From Escherichia coli (GTDB lineage: Bacteria; Pseudomonadota; Gammaproteobacteria; Enterobacterales; Enterobacteriaceae), in NCBI RefSeq assembly GCF_046105845.1, contig NZ_CP151004.1: 64,000 bases of DNA. The stretch is one strand, 5' to 3'. Made by a program: the position numbers and the translations under genes. Under the pieces are notes generated by a model. The model saw only the letters and a program-made list of their open reading frames with translations, did not search any database and was not told where the DNA came from. Every line of letters starts with the position of its first letter. Position 1 is the stretch's first letter. This document shows positions 43,201 to 52,736 of the stretch, one piece after another.

Positions 43201-45463
43201 CTTCACGCTAAGTAGTGAAACCGCCCGCACCGATGCAAACGGCGATGCCGTGGTCACATTGCGTGGCACAAAAGCGGGTGAGTTTACAGTTACGGCGACG
43301 CTGACCAGAAATAATACCGTTGCTCATCAGCAAGTCACTTTTATTGGGGATACAAACAGCGCGCAGCTCCAGCCGCTGACTGCCTCATTAAATACCATTG
43401 TTGCGGGTAACAGTACGGGGAGTACCCTGACGGCAACGATCCTGGACGCTTACCAAAATCCGCTTAAAGACCAGCAGGTCACTTTCCAGAGTAACGATGT
43501 CACTCTAAGCGGAACAGAAGTCACCACCAATACGCTGGGTCAGGCGACAGTAACAATGACCAGCAATATTGCCGGGCAACATAACGTCGTGGTGAGCCGG
43601 AAAGCGCAAGCCTCCGATAATAAAACGTTTAGTTTATCAGTGCTGCCGGATGAAAGTTCGGCGAAGGTAATAAGTATAACCGGAGCCGAAAAAACGATAA
43701 CGGTTGGCGAAAACATCACGCTACGGATACTCGTCCAGGACGCGTTTAACAATGTAATAGCGGGTCAACGCGTCAGATTAAGTGCGCAGCCAACAGCTAA
43801 CATTACGATAGGCGATACGGCTTACACTGATAATAACGGTTACGCGTACGTTAACCTTCTCAGCACCCAGCCTGGGGTTTATCAGGTGACGGCAACGCTG
43901 GACAATAACAGTAGTAGTAAGGTTGATGTGAATGTGGCAAATGGCAAACTCGAGTTAACATCATCGAAGCCAGAAACCACGGTCCATAACAGTGAAGGTA
44001 TTACGCTGACCGCAACGGCGAGAAATGCACGGGATGAATTGATGCCAGGGCAAATTATCACCTTTAGCGTAACGCCTGAAGGTGCAACGCTAAGCAATAC
44101 AGGGGAAGTCCTTACTGACCAGTCTGGTCAGGCCAAAGTGACGCTGACCAGTAACAAAGTGAATGTCTATACCGTTACGGCCACAATGGGCAAAGATGTT
44201 CCCGTTCAGAGCCAGGTAACGGTTGCGGTTAAGGCAGATGCTAAAACGGCACATGTTGTGAGCGTCGTGGCTTCTCCTGACACCATAACCGCCGACGGCA
44301 TCGATAGCAGCACCGTCACGTCACGAGTAGAAGATGATTACGGATTCCCGGTTGAAGGTGTCGATGTTCGTTACGCCTTAGACACCAAAGGTCGCCCGGT
44401 AGTTAATATTCCAACTACGCGTACCGATCAGTCCGGGCAAGTCACGGCGACAATAACCAGTACATTGGCAGAAACCTTAACGGTCAATGTGCAAGTTCCT
44501 GGTACAGCCAACCAATCCGCAGCTATTACCTTGCTTGCCAGCACGGCGGATGAAAGTAAGTCATTATTGAAATCCGACGTTGGCACTCTGATGGCTGACT
44601 ACCAGCATAGCGCGAAACTTACGCTAACATTGCAAGACAAGTACGGTAACCCGATAGTGACGTCTGATCATCTGGAATTTGTCCAGTCAGGTCCCTTCGT
44701 GAACTTTCTCAAGTTGAGCGATATTGATTACAGCCAAAGAAATTATGGCGAGTACACCGTGACTGTCACTGGCGGAAAAGAGGGAACAGCGACCCTCATT
44801 CCCATGCTGAACGGGGTTCATCAGGCAAAATTAAGCGTATCGCTGAATCTCATCCAATCGATAAAAGAAATGTCCGGTCATGTCACTGCAAACAACCATA
44901 CCTTCTCCACGGCTAAATTCCCGAGCGAAGGTTTTGCAGGAGCGTATTACACACTCAACAATGATAACTTTGAAGCGGGTAAAACCGTTGATGATTATAT
45001 GTTTTCAAGTTCACAGAGTTGGGTGTCTGTCGATGCGTCAGGTAAAGTTTCTTTCTCAAATATCGGCGATCAAACGTCAGTCACAATAAGTGCTGTTCCC
45101 CGACAAGGAGGTACAACCTACCAGACCTTAATTAAGCTGAAAGGCTGGTGGGTGAATAATGGAAATCATACCAATATCTGGCTAGCTGCCAATGCGCTCT
45201 GTCATGCGAAAAATGATGGATATAATCTTCCTGGCATCACACATTTGACGTCTGGCGAAAACAAACGCACGCAGGGATCACTGTATGGTGAATGGGGGAA
45301 CGTTGGAGCGTTTTCCAGTAATTCGCAATTTACACAAGGTGCTTACTGGACAAATGAATCTGATGATTACAATAGGCACTACTATGTACAGATGCTAACG
45401 GGTATGACCGGAAGCGACGCTGATTCCAGCCCCCAACTGACCGCCTGCCGTAAATCACTTTAA
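40223..45463 (+). CDS. Giant (1746 aa) inverse autotransporter adhesin of the intimin/invasin family: LysM, beta-barrel, tandem Big_1 Ig-like domains, C-terminal lectin-like domain
   Basis: N-terminal signal region; LysM (YTLGALESAQSVADRFGISLEELRRLNQF); intimin/invasin-type barrel (FDFLHPWYDTPDYLLFSQHTLHRTDDRTQINTGLGWRHF...); more than ten repeats of the ...TLTATVTD...NPL...V.F... Big_1 pattern; C-terminal Cys-containing domain. Confidence 0.85.
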   Translation: MASTNAHQIKNNDQNSLCGLGDKIRRLTAGVCLFTQIFFPVMATAQNVVHAKPQTTVSSPSPLIENNTVPYTLGALESAQSVADRFGISLEELRRLNQFRTFARGFDNVRQGEELDVPATTLQKSHEQQNAVPPANGENTLENQIASTSQRVGTLLSQDMNSEQASGMARGWASSEASGAMTNWLNNFGTAKISLGVDEDFSLKNSQFDFLHPWYDTPDYLLFSQHTLHRTDDRTQINTGLGWRHFTPSWMSGINLFFDHDLSRYHSRAGLGAEYWRDYLKLSSNAYIGLTGWRSAPELDNDYEARPANGWDLRAEGWLPAWPQLGGKLVYEQYYGDEVALFDKNDRQSNPHAITAGLNYTPFPLLTLSAEQRQGKQGENDTRFAVDLTWQPSSSMQKQLNPDEVAGRRSLASSRYDLIDRNNNIVLEYRKKELIRLSLLDPVKGKSGEIKPLVSSIQTKYALKGYNIEAAALEAAGGKVSTSGKDITVTLPGYRFTNTPETDNTWSIDVTAEDVKGNLSRHEQSMVVIQAPTLSQKDSLLSVNPLTVAADKKSTTTLTVTAHDSDGTPVPGLALQTRSEGVQDITLSDWTDNGDGSYTQMLTAGTTSGSVTLTPQINGESAVKESIVVNIVPVVSSRDHSSITIDNVSYYAGDDIKVRVELKDDSNQPVAYQKEELVKAVTVENSKPGATIVWHEERPGVYTANYPAHKQGTALRAQLSLHNWNAPLQSHIYNIEANQNKARVATLSATNNDVYADKKTFNTLTINVTDESDNPLTNHQVTFKNEKGSAEFVEPPQQNTDAYGVATINMVSQVAEENTISATLPNGFSQRIIAKFVSDSSTPKFKQLVADPDTIIAGNSQGSTLTATVTDFHNNPLKDMKVNFVAPGGSQLDNTSATTDQSGIVRVHLTSSKAGSYSVDASLEANKNIHQSVTITVVPNREQSVMTLNAGSGSAIANNTNTVILTASVKDVYGHPLPDEDVKFTLPASMTGNFTLSSETARTDANGDAVVTLRGTKAGEFTVTATLTRNNTVAHQQVTFIGDTNSAQLQPLTASLNTIVAGNSTGSTLTATILDAYQNPLKDQQVTFQSNDVTLSGTEVTTNTLGQATVTMTSNIAGQHNVVVSRKAQASDNKTFSLSVLPDESSAKVISITGAEKTITVGENITLRILVQDAFNNVIAGQRVRLSAQPTANITIGDTAYTDNNGYAYVNLLSTQPGVYQVTATLDNNSSSKVDVNVANGKLELTSSKPETTVHNSEGITLTATARNARDELMPGQIITFSVTPEGATLSNTGEVLTDQSGQAKVTLTSNKVNVYTVTATMGKDVPVQSQVTVAVKADAKTAHVVSVVASPDTITADGIDSSTVTSRVEDDYGFPVEGVDVRYALDTKGRPVVNIPTTRTDQSGQVTATITSTLAETLTVNVQVPGTANQSAAITLLASTADESKSLLKSDVGTLMADYQHSAKLTLTLQDKYGNPIVTSDHLEFVQSGPFVNFLKLSDIDYSQRNYGEYTVTVTGGKEGTATLIPMLNGVHQAKLSVSLNLIQSIKEMSGHVTANNHTFSTAKFPSEGFAGAYYTLNNDNFEAGKTVDDYMFSSSQSWVSVDASGKVSFSNIGDQTSVTISAVPRQGGTTYQTLIKLKGWWVNNGNHTNIWLAANALCHAKNDGYNLPGITHLTSGENKRTQGSLYGEWGNVGAFSSNSQFTQGAYWTNESDDYNRHYYVQMLTGMTGSDADSSPQLTACRKSL

Positions 45464-45480
45464 TTTCAGCAGGTAATTAA

Positions 45481-45510
45481 GGATACCCTTGTGCGAGGGT
45501 ATCCTTTCAG
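45481..45510 (+). terminator. Rho-independent terminator after the adhesin gene
   Basis: Hairpin GGATACCCT-TGTGCGA-GGGTATCC followed by TTTCAG. Confidence 0.5.
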
Positions 45511-45532
45511 ACTGATAACAAACGCTACATTA

Positions 45533-45560
45533 CCTGATGCGCTGCGCTTATCAGGCCTAT
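45533..45560. repeat. REP-like palindromic element
   Basis: CCTGATGCGCTGCGCTTATCAGGCCTAT. Confidence 0.45.
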
Positions 45561-45583
45561 ATAACCCCTGCAATATATTGAAT

Positions 45584-46168
45584 TTATTGTTTTTGTCGCC
45601 CAGCCGACATGAACGACCACTCAAGAAACTCAACAGCAACCGTTGATGTCAGCCAGACCCCATTTTCCGCTTGCCAGAAAGGGATGCCTCGTTTCGCCAT
45701 TTCCTGTGCTTTGACGGTTAAGATAACCGGCGATCCGTGTCTTGCTCCCACTTTGCGTGCCGTTGCTTCATCAGCAGAGAGATGCACGTAATGACGCTCC
45801 CCTGCAATCAGCCCCTGTTTTTTTATCTCGTCAAGGAAACGGCTTGCCGTACCGTGGTAAAGAAACTGTGGCGGTATTTTTTCGGCAAAGGAAATGGCGA
45901 CCTGCGAAGTCGAATGCCCCTGAACCGCGCGAATGCACCTACCATCACTGGAATAACTAAAACGCTTTTTATCGCTGGTGGCGACAACGGTATCCAGCAA
46001 TGCACGGGTTAACCGCTTGCCCGCTTTTTGGGCACAAAGTATGAGCTTATCGATATCCGCCCATCCTTCACGGTCCAGTACGATACCAATCGCCTCCGGT
46101 TTGTGTCGGAGGACATAACTTAAAAACTTGCTCGTATCCGCCAGCTCTTTTTCGTTGTACTTTGCCAT
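45584..46168 (-). CDS. kptA: RNA 2'-phosphotransferase KptA (Tpt1 family)
   Basis: [43 protein letters not shown]...[16 protein letters not shown]...; start set at the Met matching the Tpt1 N-terminus. The ORF track extends 34 codons upstream. Confidence 0.85.
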   Translation of the reverse strand: MAKYNEKELADTSKFLSYVLRHKPEAIGIVLDREGWADIDKLILCAQKAGKRLTRALLDTVVATSDKKRFSYSSDGRCIRAVQGHSTSQVAISFAEKIPPQFLYHGTASRFLDEIKKQGLIAGERHYVHLSADEATARKVGARHGSPVILTVKAQEMAKRGIPFWQAENGVWLTSTVAVEFLEWSFMSAGRQKQ

Positions 46169-46417
46169 CGCGTTTTCGTCCCTGGATTTTCTGTTTTTAT
46201 TTACTGATGTCATTGTCACCGGGTTTATGAATTTACTGCAACTCAATCCTGCGCAGAACCTTTTCCCCATAGCGTAATTTTTCCGCTATGCAAAAAACGC
46301 ATAGCCAGAAACATACTTGCATTTTCCCCATACCCACATGGCTGATAAGGTTTTTCAGCTCCAGGAATTTTCCTGGCTCAAGCAACACACAAACACAAAA
46401 AAACAATGGGGATTGTT

Positions 46418-47101
46418 ATGACACAACAAGGGGATGCTGTAGCCGGGGAGCTGGCGACAGAAAAAGTGGGCATTAAAGGGTATCTGGCTTTTTTTCTCAC
46501 CATAATCTTTTTTTCCGGTGTTTTTTCCGGGACAGACAGTTGGTGGCGCGTTTTTGATTTTTCCGTGCTGAACGGATCGTTTGGGCAACTGCCTGGTGCG
46601 AACGGAGCCACCACCTCGTTTCGCGGCGCGGGTGGCGCGGGGGCTAAAGATGGCTTTCTCTTTGCGCTGGAGCTGGCACCGTCAGTCATTCTCTCTCTGG
46701 GGATTATTTCAATTACCGATGGTCTTGGTGGATTACGCGCCGCGCAGCAGTTAATGACGCCAGTGCTAAAACCGTTGTTGGGCATTCCAGGGATCTGCTC
46801 GCTGGCGCTGATCGCTAACCTGCAAAACACCGATGCCGCCGCCGGTATGACCAAAGAGCTGGCGCAGGAAGGTGAAATTACCGAACGCGATAAAGTGATT
46901 TTCGCCGCATATCAAACCAGCGGTAGCGCCATTATCACCAACTACTTCTCTTCCGGCGTCGCGGTGTTTGCCTTTCTGGGCACGTCCGTAATCGTACCTT
47001 TAGCAGTCATCCTGGTGTTTAAATTTGTCGGAGCCAACATTTTGCGCGTCTGGCTTAACTTCGAAGAACGTCGCAACCCAACGCAAGGAGCGCAAGCATG
47101 A
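46418..47101 (+). CDS. yjiH: YjiH-family inner membrane protein (nucleoside-recognition / SpmA-like domain)
   Basis: MTQQGDAVAGELATEKVGIKGYLAFFLTIIFFSGV...; its stop overlaps the yjiG start (ATGA). Confidence 0.85.
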   Translation: MTQQGDAVAGELATEKVGIKGYLAFFLTIIFFSGVFSGTDSWWRVFDFSVLNGSFGQLPGANGATTSFRGAGGAGAKDGFLFALELAPSVILSLGIISITDGLGGLRAAQQLMTPVLKPLLGIPGICSLALIANLQNTDAAAGMTKELAQEGEITERDKVIFAAYQTSGSAIITNYFSSGVAVFAFLGTSVIVPLAVILVFKFVGANILRVWLNFEERRNPTQGAQA

Positions 47102-47559
47102 CAACTCAGGTCCGCAAAAACGTCATGGATATGTTTATCGATGGCGCGCGCCGTGGCTTTACTATCGCCACCACCAACCTGCTGCCGAACGTGGTGATGG
47201 CGTTTGTCATCATTCAGGCGCTGAAAATTACCGGCCTGCTCGACTGGGTGGGGCATATCTGTGAACCGGTAATGGCGCTGTGGGGATTGCCCGGTGAAGC
47301 GGCAACCGTCCTTTTAGCCGCATTAATGAGTATGGGCGGCGCAGTCGGTGTTGCCGCCAGTCTGGCAACCGCTGGCGCATTAACCGGTCACGATGTCACC
47401 GTTTTACTGCCCGCGATGTATTTAATGGGCAACCCGGTGCAAAATGTCGGTCGCTGCCTGGGGACAGCCGAAGTGAATGCCAAATATTACCCGCATATCA
47501 TTACGGTTTGCGTGATTAACGCATTGCTGTCGATCTGGGTTATGCAGCTTATTGTTTAA
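47098..47559 (+). CDS. yjiG: YjiG inner membrane protein (SpmB-like), 153 aa
   Basis: MTTQVRKNVMDMFIDGARRGFTIATTNLLPNVVMAFVIIQALKITGLLDW...; translationally coupled to yjiH. Confidence 0.85.
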   Translation: MTTQVRKNVMDMFIDGARRGFTIATTNLLPNVVMAFVIIQALKITGLLDWVGHICEPVMALWGLPGEAATVLLAALMSMGGAVGVAASLATAGALTGHDVTVLLPAMYLMGNPVQNVGRCLGTAEVNAKYYPHIITVCVINALLSIWVMQLIV

Positions 47560-47571
47560 CAAGGAGTTACC

Positions 47572-48744
47572 ATGATTGATTATACCGCAGCCGGTTTTAC
47601 CCTGCTGCAGGGAGCGCATTTGTATGCGCCGGAAGATCGGGGAGTTTGCGATGTCCTCGTCGCTAACGGCAAAATTATCGCCGTTGCCAGTAATATCCCT
47701 TCTGACATTGTACCGGACTGCACGGTTGTCGATCTCAGCGGGCAGATCCTCTGCCCAGGTTTTATTGATCAACACGTTCATTTGATTGGCGGTGGCGGTG
47801 AAGCAGGTCCCACGACGCGCACGCCGGAAGTGGCGTTAAGTCGTCTGACGGAAGCGGGCGTCACGTCAGTGGTTGGTCTGCTGGGCACCGACTCTATCTC
47901 TCGTCACCCGGAATCCCTGCTCGCCAAGACCCGTGCGCTCAATGAAGAAGGCATCAGCGCCTGGATGCTGACCGGCGCTTATCATGTCCCTTCCCGCACC
48001 ATTACAGGTTCCGTGGAAAAAGACGTGGCGATTATCGATCGCGTGATTGGTGTGAAATGCGCCATCTCTGATCACCGTTCTGCCGCACCGGACGTTTATC
48101 ACCTGGCTAATATGGCGGCGGAATCCCGCGTTGGCGGTTTGCTCGGCGGTAAACCTGGCGTCACCGTGTTCCACATGGGCGACAGCAAAAAGGCGTTACA
48201 GCCTGTCTATGACCTGCTGGAAAACTGCGATGTGCCGATCAGCAAGCTGCTGCCGACCCACGTTAACCGCAACGTTCCGTTGTTTGAGCAGGCGCTGGAG
48301 TTTGCGCACAAAGGCGGCACTATCGACATCACCAGCAGCATTGACGAACCGGTCGCCCCTGCCGAAGGTATTGCCCGCGCCGTTCAGGCCGGTATTCCGC
48401 TGGCACGCGTCACCCTCAGCTCCGACGGCAACGGTAGCCAGCCGTTCTTCGATGATGAAGGGAATTTAACCCATATCGGCGTTGCAGGTTTTGAAACATT
48501 GCTGGAAACCGTGCAGGTGCTGGTTAAAGACTATAATTTCAGTATCAGCGATGCCCTGCGCCCGCTCACCAGTAGCGTAGCCGGTTTCCTTAACCTGACC
48601 GGGAAAGGCGAAATTCTGCCAGGCAATGACGCAGACTTACTGGTCATGACGCCAGAATTGCGCATTGAGCAGGTATACGCTCGCGGCAAACTGATGGTCA
48701 AAGACGGCAAAGCCTGCGTGAAAGGAACGTTTGAAACGGCTTAA
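47572..48744 (+). CDS. iadA: Isoaspartyl dipeptidase IadA (amidohydrolase superfamily), 390 aa
   Basis: MIDYTAAGFTLLQGAHLYAPEDRGVCDVLVANGKIIAVAS...PGFIDQHVHLIGGGGE (metal-binding HxH motif). Confidence 0.9.
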   Translation: MIDYTAAGFTLLQGAHLYAPEDRGVCDVLVANGKIIAVASNIPSDIVPDCTVVDLSGQILCPGFIDQHVHLIGGGGEAGPTTRTPEVALSRLTEAGVTSVVGLLGTDSISRHPESLLAKTRALNEEGISAWMLTGAYHVPSRTITGSVEKDVAIIDRVIGVKCAISDHRSAAPDVYHLANMAAESRVGGLLGGKPGVTVFHMGDSKKALQPVYDLLENCDVPISKLLPTHVNRNVPLFEQALEFAHKGGTIDITSSIDEPVAPAEGIARAVQAGIPLARVTLSSDGNGSQPFFDDEGNLTHIGVAGFETLLETVQVLVKDYNFSISDALRPLTSSVAGFLNLTGKGEILPGNDADLLVMTPELRIEQVYARGKLMVKDGKACVKGTFETA

Positions 48745-48808
48745 ACGGTTGTCAGCCGCCCGAATGGACGTAGAATGCCCGCAAGGGCGGCTGACAGAGT
48801 AAAACGTA

Positions 48809-49720
48809 ATGGATGACTGTGGTGCGGTTTTGCATAATATTGAAACAAAATGGCTTTATGATTTTCTGACCCTGGAAAAATGCCGCAACTTTTCCCAGGC
48901 GGCAGTCAGTCGCAACGTCTCGCAACCGGCATTCAGCCGCCGCATCCGTGCACTGGAACAGGCGATTGGCGTTGAATTGTTTAACCGCCAGGTGACGCCG
49001 CTGCAACTCTCGGAACAAGGGAAAATCTTTCATTCGCAGATCCGCCATCTGTTGCAACAGTTAGAAAGCAACCTGGCAGAGCTGCGTGGCGGCAGCGATT
49101 ACGCGCAACGTAAAATCAAGATTGCCGCTGCACACTCTCTTTCCCTCGGTCTGTTACCGTCCATTATCAGCCAGATGCCGCCGCTCTTTACTTGGGCGAT
49201 TGAAGCCATTGATGTCGATGAAGCGGTCGATAAACTGCGTGAAGGGCAAAGTGACTGTATTTTTTCCTTTCACGACGAAGATTTGCTGGAAGCACCGTTT
49301 GACCACATTCGCTTATTTGAATCTCAATTGTTCCCCGTCTGCGCCAGTGACGAACACGGAGAAGCACTGTTTAACCTCGCGCAGCCACACTTTCCGTTAC
49401 TGAATTACAGCCGCAACTCCTACATGGGGCGATTGATTAATCGCACCCTGACGCGCCACAGTGAGTTGAGTTTCAGCACCTTTTTTGTCTCTTCGATGAG
49501 CGAGCTTTTAAAGCAGGTTGCCCTCGACGGCTGTGGGATTGCCTGGCTGCCGGAGTACGCCATCCAACAAGAAATTCGCAGCGGGCAGCTCGTTGTACTG
49601 AATCGGGAAGAACTGGTGATCCCGATTCAGGCCTACGCATACCGGATGAATACCCGCATGAATCCAGTTGCCGAACGCTTCTGGCGTGAACTGCGCGAGC
49701 TGGAGATTGTGCTTAGCTGA
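48809..49720 (+). CDS. hypT: LysR-family hypochlorite-responsive transcriptional regulator HypT (YjiE), 303 aa
   Basis: N-terminal LysR HTH ([35 protein letters not shown]) followed by a substrate-binding domain. Confidence 0.9.
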   Translation: MDDCGAVLHNIETKWLYDFLTLEKCRNFSQAAVSRNVSQPAFSRRIRALEQAIGVELFNRQVTPLQLSEQGKIFHSQIRHLLQQLESNLAELRGGSDYAQRKIKIAAAHSLSLGLLPSIISQMPPLFTWAIEAIDVDEAVDKLREGQSDCIFSFHDEDLLEAPFDHIRLFESQLFPVCASDEHGEALFNLAQPHFPLLNYSRNSYMGRLINRTLTRHSELSFSTFFVSSMSELLKQVALDGCGIAWLPEYAIQQEIRSGQLVVLNREELVIPIQAYAYRMNTRMNPVAERFWRELRELEIVLS

Positions 49721-50105
49721 CATTCTCCAGCGTCGCACTACGCCAACCGCCATTATCCCAGACCAGATCAAACGTTAGCGGTTCATCGTCGTGGTACAGC
49801 ATTATCTCAAGGCTGATAGCCAGCGTGTGGCTGTACGCTTCTTTCAAATTGACCTGCAACGCCGCAATCCGTGGCTCATGAAATAACAGTGCAGAACGCA
49901 GCTGACGGCAATACCAGCTCTGGAGATGTTTGTCGCTCTGGTTATGCACTTGCCACTCGGGCATGCCTGAAACAAGTAATGACGGTAATGCCGAATGAGG
50001 AGAATTAAAAAGAGTGAGGAGATCGCTGCATACCGATTTACGCAGCAATGACGTTTTATTGCCTGAAATTTCAGGTAAAACAGCCTGAAGTGATTGGCGC
50101 ATCAT
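49713..50105 (-). CDS. iraD: Anti-adaptor protein IraD (RpoS stabiliser), 130 aa
   Basis: [55 protein letters not shown]...; its 3' end overlaps the hypT 3' end by 8 bp (convergent). Confidence 0.85.
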   Translation of the reverse strand: MMRQSLQAVLPEISGNKTSLLRKSVCSDLLTLFNSPHSALPSLLVSGMPEWQVHNQSDKHLQSWYCRQLRSALLFHEPRIAALQVNLKEAYSHTLAISLEIMLYHDDEPLTFDLVWDNGGWRSATLENVS

Positions 50106-50777
50106 TTTGCGCACTCCTGACGTTTAGCAACATATGCGGCTTGCCCTGAACACCGGGCACCACTGTATTGATGCTCATTTTCCATAGCCATTCCCTTTTG
50201 TTCATTACATCCATGTCAGTCTGAGACAGGCCTGAATCCTGTCAGCAAAGTATAAAACCTTACTTGCCTATGAATATCTACTGACTTTTCAGGAAAAAAG
50301 TCATGATTTGATAAAAATCATCAAACTCAAAAAAAAACCGCTAGTATATTCTGAATATTCCGAATAGTTACGTAGATGAAAATACTTGTCACCGCCGCTG
50401 CTTAATTCCGGTGGGAAATTATTTATTTCCGCATAATCAGCCATGTATTATTTGAAACAATTAGTTTGTAAATAATATAAATTGATAACATGTCAAATAC
50501 ATCAAAAATACCATTCACAGGCATTATTAATATAGACATCAATATAGCAACATCAAATTCCAATTAGTAATAAGATATGCTTTTAAATTGCATGCAAATA
50601 ATTTTAAATGAGCGTTTTTTGATACTTTATAGTGTTTCCTACCCTTTAATATCACTGTGTAGAGTTGATATCACTACAACAGAAACATGCATGTCATTTG
50701 TTTACTTCTCTTTTTACTACAGAAAAATTTATCTATTTTTCTAAACATCAGTGAAATACTCATAAAAGGTAACTATT

Positions 50778-51608
50778 ATGTCTATGCCATTAAGCAATGC
50801 CCTTCAGAGTCAAATTATTACAGATAATCACTTCCTTCATCATCCAAAAGTCGACAGTGAGTTAACACGTAAATATGAACGTGCACGCCTGGATACGGAA
50901 AATATCTATCTTCTACCTCTTGCTCGTGGCAATAACCATAATTACGATGGAAAAAGCGTTGTCGAAATTAGAAAACTTGATATTAGTAAAGAGTCCTGGC
51001 CATTTAATTATGTGACAGAAACATGCAGAGAATCCGATGGTATTACAACAACAGGACGTATGCTCTATCGAAATTTGCGAATCACCACAGTTTTAGACGA
51101 AATATATGGTGGTATATGTAAAAAGGCGCATGCTGCCACAGAGTTAGCAGAAGGATTACGGCTAAATTTATTTATGAAGAGCCCTTCCTATCCTGTTGAG
51201 GACTATACAGTTCATGAAATAACATTAGGCCCTGGTTGCAATGTTCCTGGTTATGCCGGAACCACGATAGGATATATTTCAACCCTTCCAGCTTCTCAGG
51301 CAAAAAGATGGACCAATGAGCAGCCAAGGATTGATATCTATATTGATCAGATAATGACGGTAACAGGGGTAGCAAATTCTTCCGGATTCGCCCTTGCCGC
51401 ATTACTTAATGCTAATATTGAAATGGGAAATGACCCAATAATTGGTATAGAAGCCTATCCCGGTACCGCGGAGATCCATGCAAAAATGGGGTATAAAGTT
51501 ATCCCCGGTGATGAAGATGCAAAACTCAAACGTATGACTTTGCAACCGTCATCTCTTCCAGAACTGTTTGAATTAAAAAATGGTGAATGGAATTATATTG
51601 GTAAATGA
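50778..51608 (+). CDS. yjiC: Uncharacterised protein YjiC (276 aa), preceded by a long AT-rich leader
   Basis: MSMPLSNALQSQIITDNHFLHHPKVDSELTRKYERARLDTENIYLLPLARG...; AT-rich gene and upstream region (50110..50777). Confidence 0.8.
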   Translation: MSMPLSNALQSQIITDNHFLHHPKVDSELTRKYERARLDTENIYLLPLARGNNHNYDGKSVVEIRKLDISKESWPFNYVTETCRESDGITTTGRMLYRNLRITTVLDEIYGGICKKAHAATELAEGLRLNLFMKSPSYPVEDYTVHEITLGPGCNVPGYAGTTIGYISTLPASQAKRWTNEQPRIDIYIDQIMTVTGVANSSGFALAALLNANIEMGNDPIIGIEAYPGTAEIHAKMGYKVIPGDEDAKLKRMTLQPSSLPELFELKNGEWNYIGK

Positions 51609-51707
51609 CTACTGAGAAGAATGAGTACTCACGTTCAGGTTATACAGATAGTTAAACAATACCCTGCAATTTAGAAAGTAATACTCATTGCGACTTCTTA
51701 ATTTAAG

Positions 51708-51738
51708 AAAGCGCAAGGAATGTTTACCCTTGCGCTTA
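51708..51738. terminator. Bidirectional terminator hairpin between the convergent yjiC and uxuR genes
   Basis: GCGCAAGG-AATGTTTAC-CCTTGCGC flanked by A/T-rich sequence on both sides. Confidence 0.5.
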
Positions 51739-51748
51739 TCATAATAAG

Positions 51749-52522
51749 TCAGGCGTCGACTTTATCCAGCGGCCATGAATCAAACAGATAGCCGTCAAAA
51801 TAAATATCGTCAACGTTCGAGAATTCCAGCAGACGTTGTTTAACGTTTTCCAGATGCTGCCACATTGCCAGCTTCGCCGCTCGGGCATCTTTTTTGATTA
51901 ACGCGGCGAGGATCTGTTTGTGATCGCCCAACCACTCTTTGCGATACAGGCTGTCATCGAGATGGCTGTGCAATTGGATCCACATTGGATTGTTTTCCCG
52001 CCACTGCCAGGACTGACGGAATAACTCCACCAGCATGCTGTTATGCGTTGCTTCGGCAATGGCGAGATGGAACTGCATGTCACCACTTTCGCTGCTACCC
52101 GGCGCGCTGGAAGCCAGTTCACGCTCTTCCAGTTGCAATGCCTGACGCATTTTGACGATATCTTCGCGGGTAGCCTGCAGGGCGGCAAATTCCGCGATGT
52201 TACTTTCCAGTAACTGACGCGCCTGTAACAGCTCAAAAGGACCCGCATCATTGCAGACGTTGGCATCCGGACTGTCTGTGTTGTGGCTGCCTGAGCTATC
52301 AAGAACATAAATACCGGCACCCCGGCGCACTTCCACCAGCCCTTTGATCTCCAGCATGATCAGCGCTTCACGTACCACCGTCCGCGTGACATCAAGCATT
52401 TCTGCAATTTCACGCTCCGGCGGCAGCCGTTCGCCAGGATTGTACGGCGTCTTTATGATCAGATCGCGGATCATCGCCCCGACTTCCTGGTAAGGTCTTT
52501 GCGCAGAGGTGACAGATTTCAT
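51749..52522 (-). CDS. uxuR: GntR/FadR-family transcriptional repressor UxuR (257 aa)
   Basis: MKSVTSAQRPYQEVGAMIRDLIIKTPYNPGERLPPEREIAEMLDVTRTVVREALIMLEIKGLVEVRRGAGIYV... Confidence 0.93.
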   Translation of the reverse strand: MKSVTSAQRPYQEVGAMIRDLIIKTPYNPGERLPPEREIAEMLDVTRTVVREALIMLEIKGLVEVRRGAGIYVLDSSGSHNTDSPDANVCNDAGPFELLQARQLLESNIAEFAALQATREDIVKMRQALQLEERELASSAPGSSESGDMQFHLAIAEATHNSMLVELFRQSWQWRENNPMWIQLHSHLDDSLYRKEWLGDHKQILAALIKKDARAAKLAMWQHLENVKQRLLEFSNVDDIYFDGYLFDSWPLDKVDA

Positions 52523-52559
52523 GGTGTTGTGTCCGTTAGGTGCGGTTAATCAAATTTTT

Positions 52560-52593
52560 GCCGGATGCGGCGTGAACGCCTTATACGGCCTAC
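52560..52593. repeat. REP element between uxuR and uxuB
   Basis: GCCGGATGCGGCGTGAACGCCTTATACGGCCTAC, a near-canonical REP sequence. Confidence 0.55.
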
Positions 52594-52736
52594 AACGGGC
52601 AATTTTACGGCACCCGTTAATCTCAAACTATACCATTAGCACTGGAAGTTGGCACGTACAGGTGGGCAAAAAAACGAAAACTGGTCAACCAAATATGCGT
52701 TTGATTGACCAGTAAGTCTGTAGGGTAATCAGTTAG

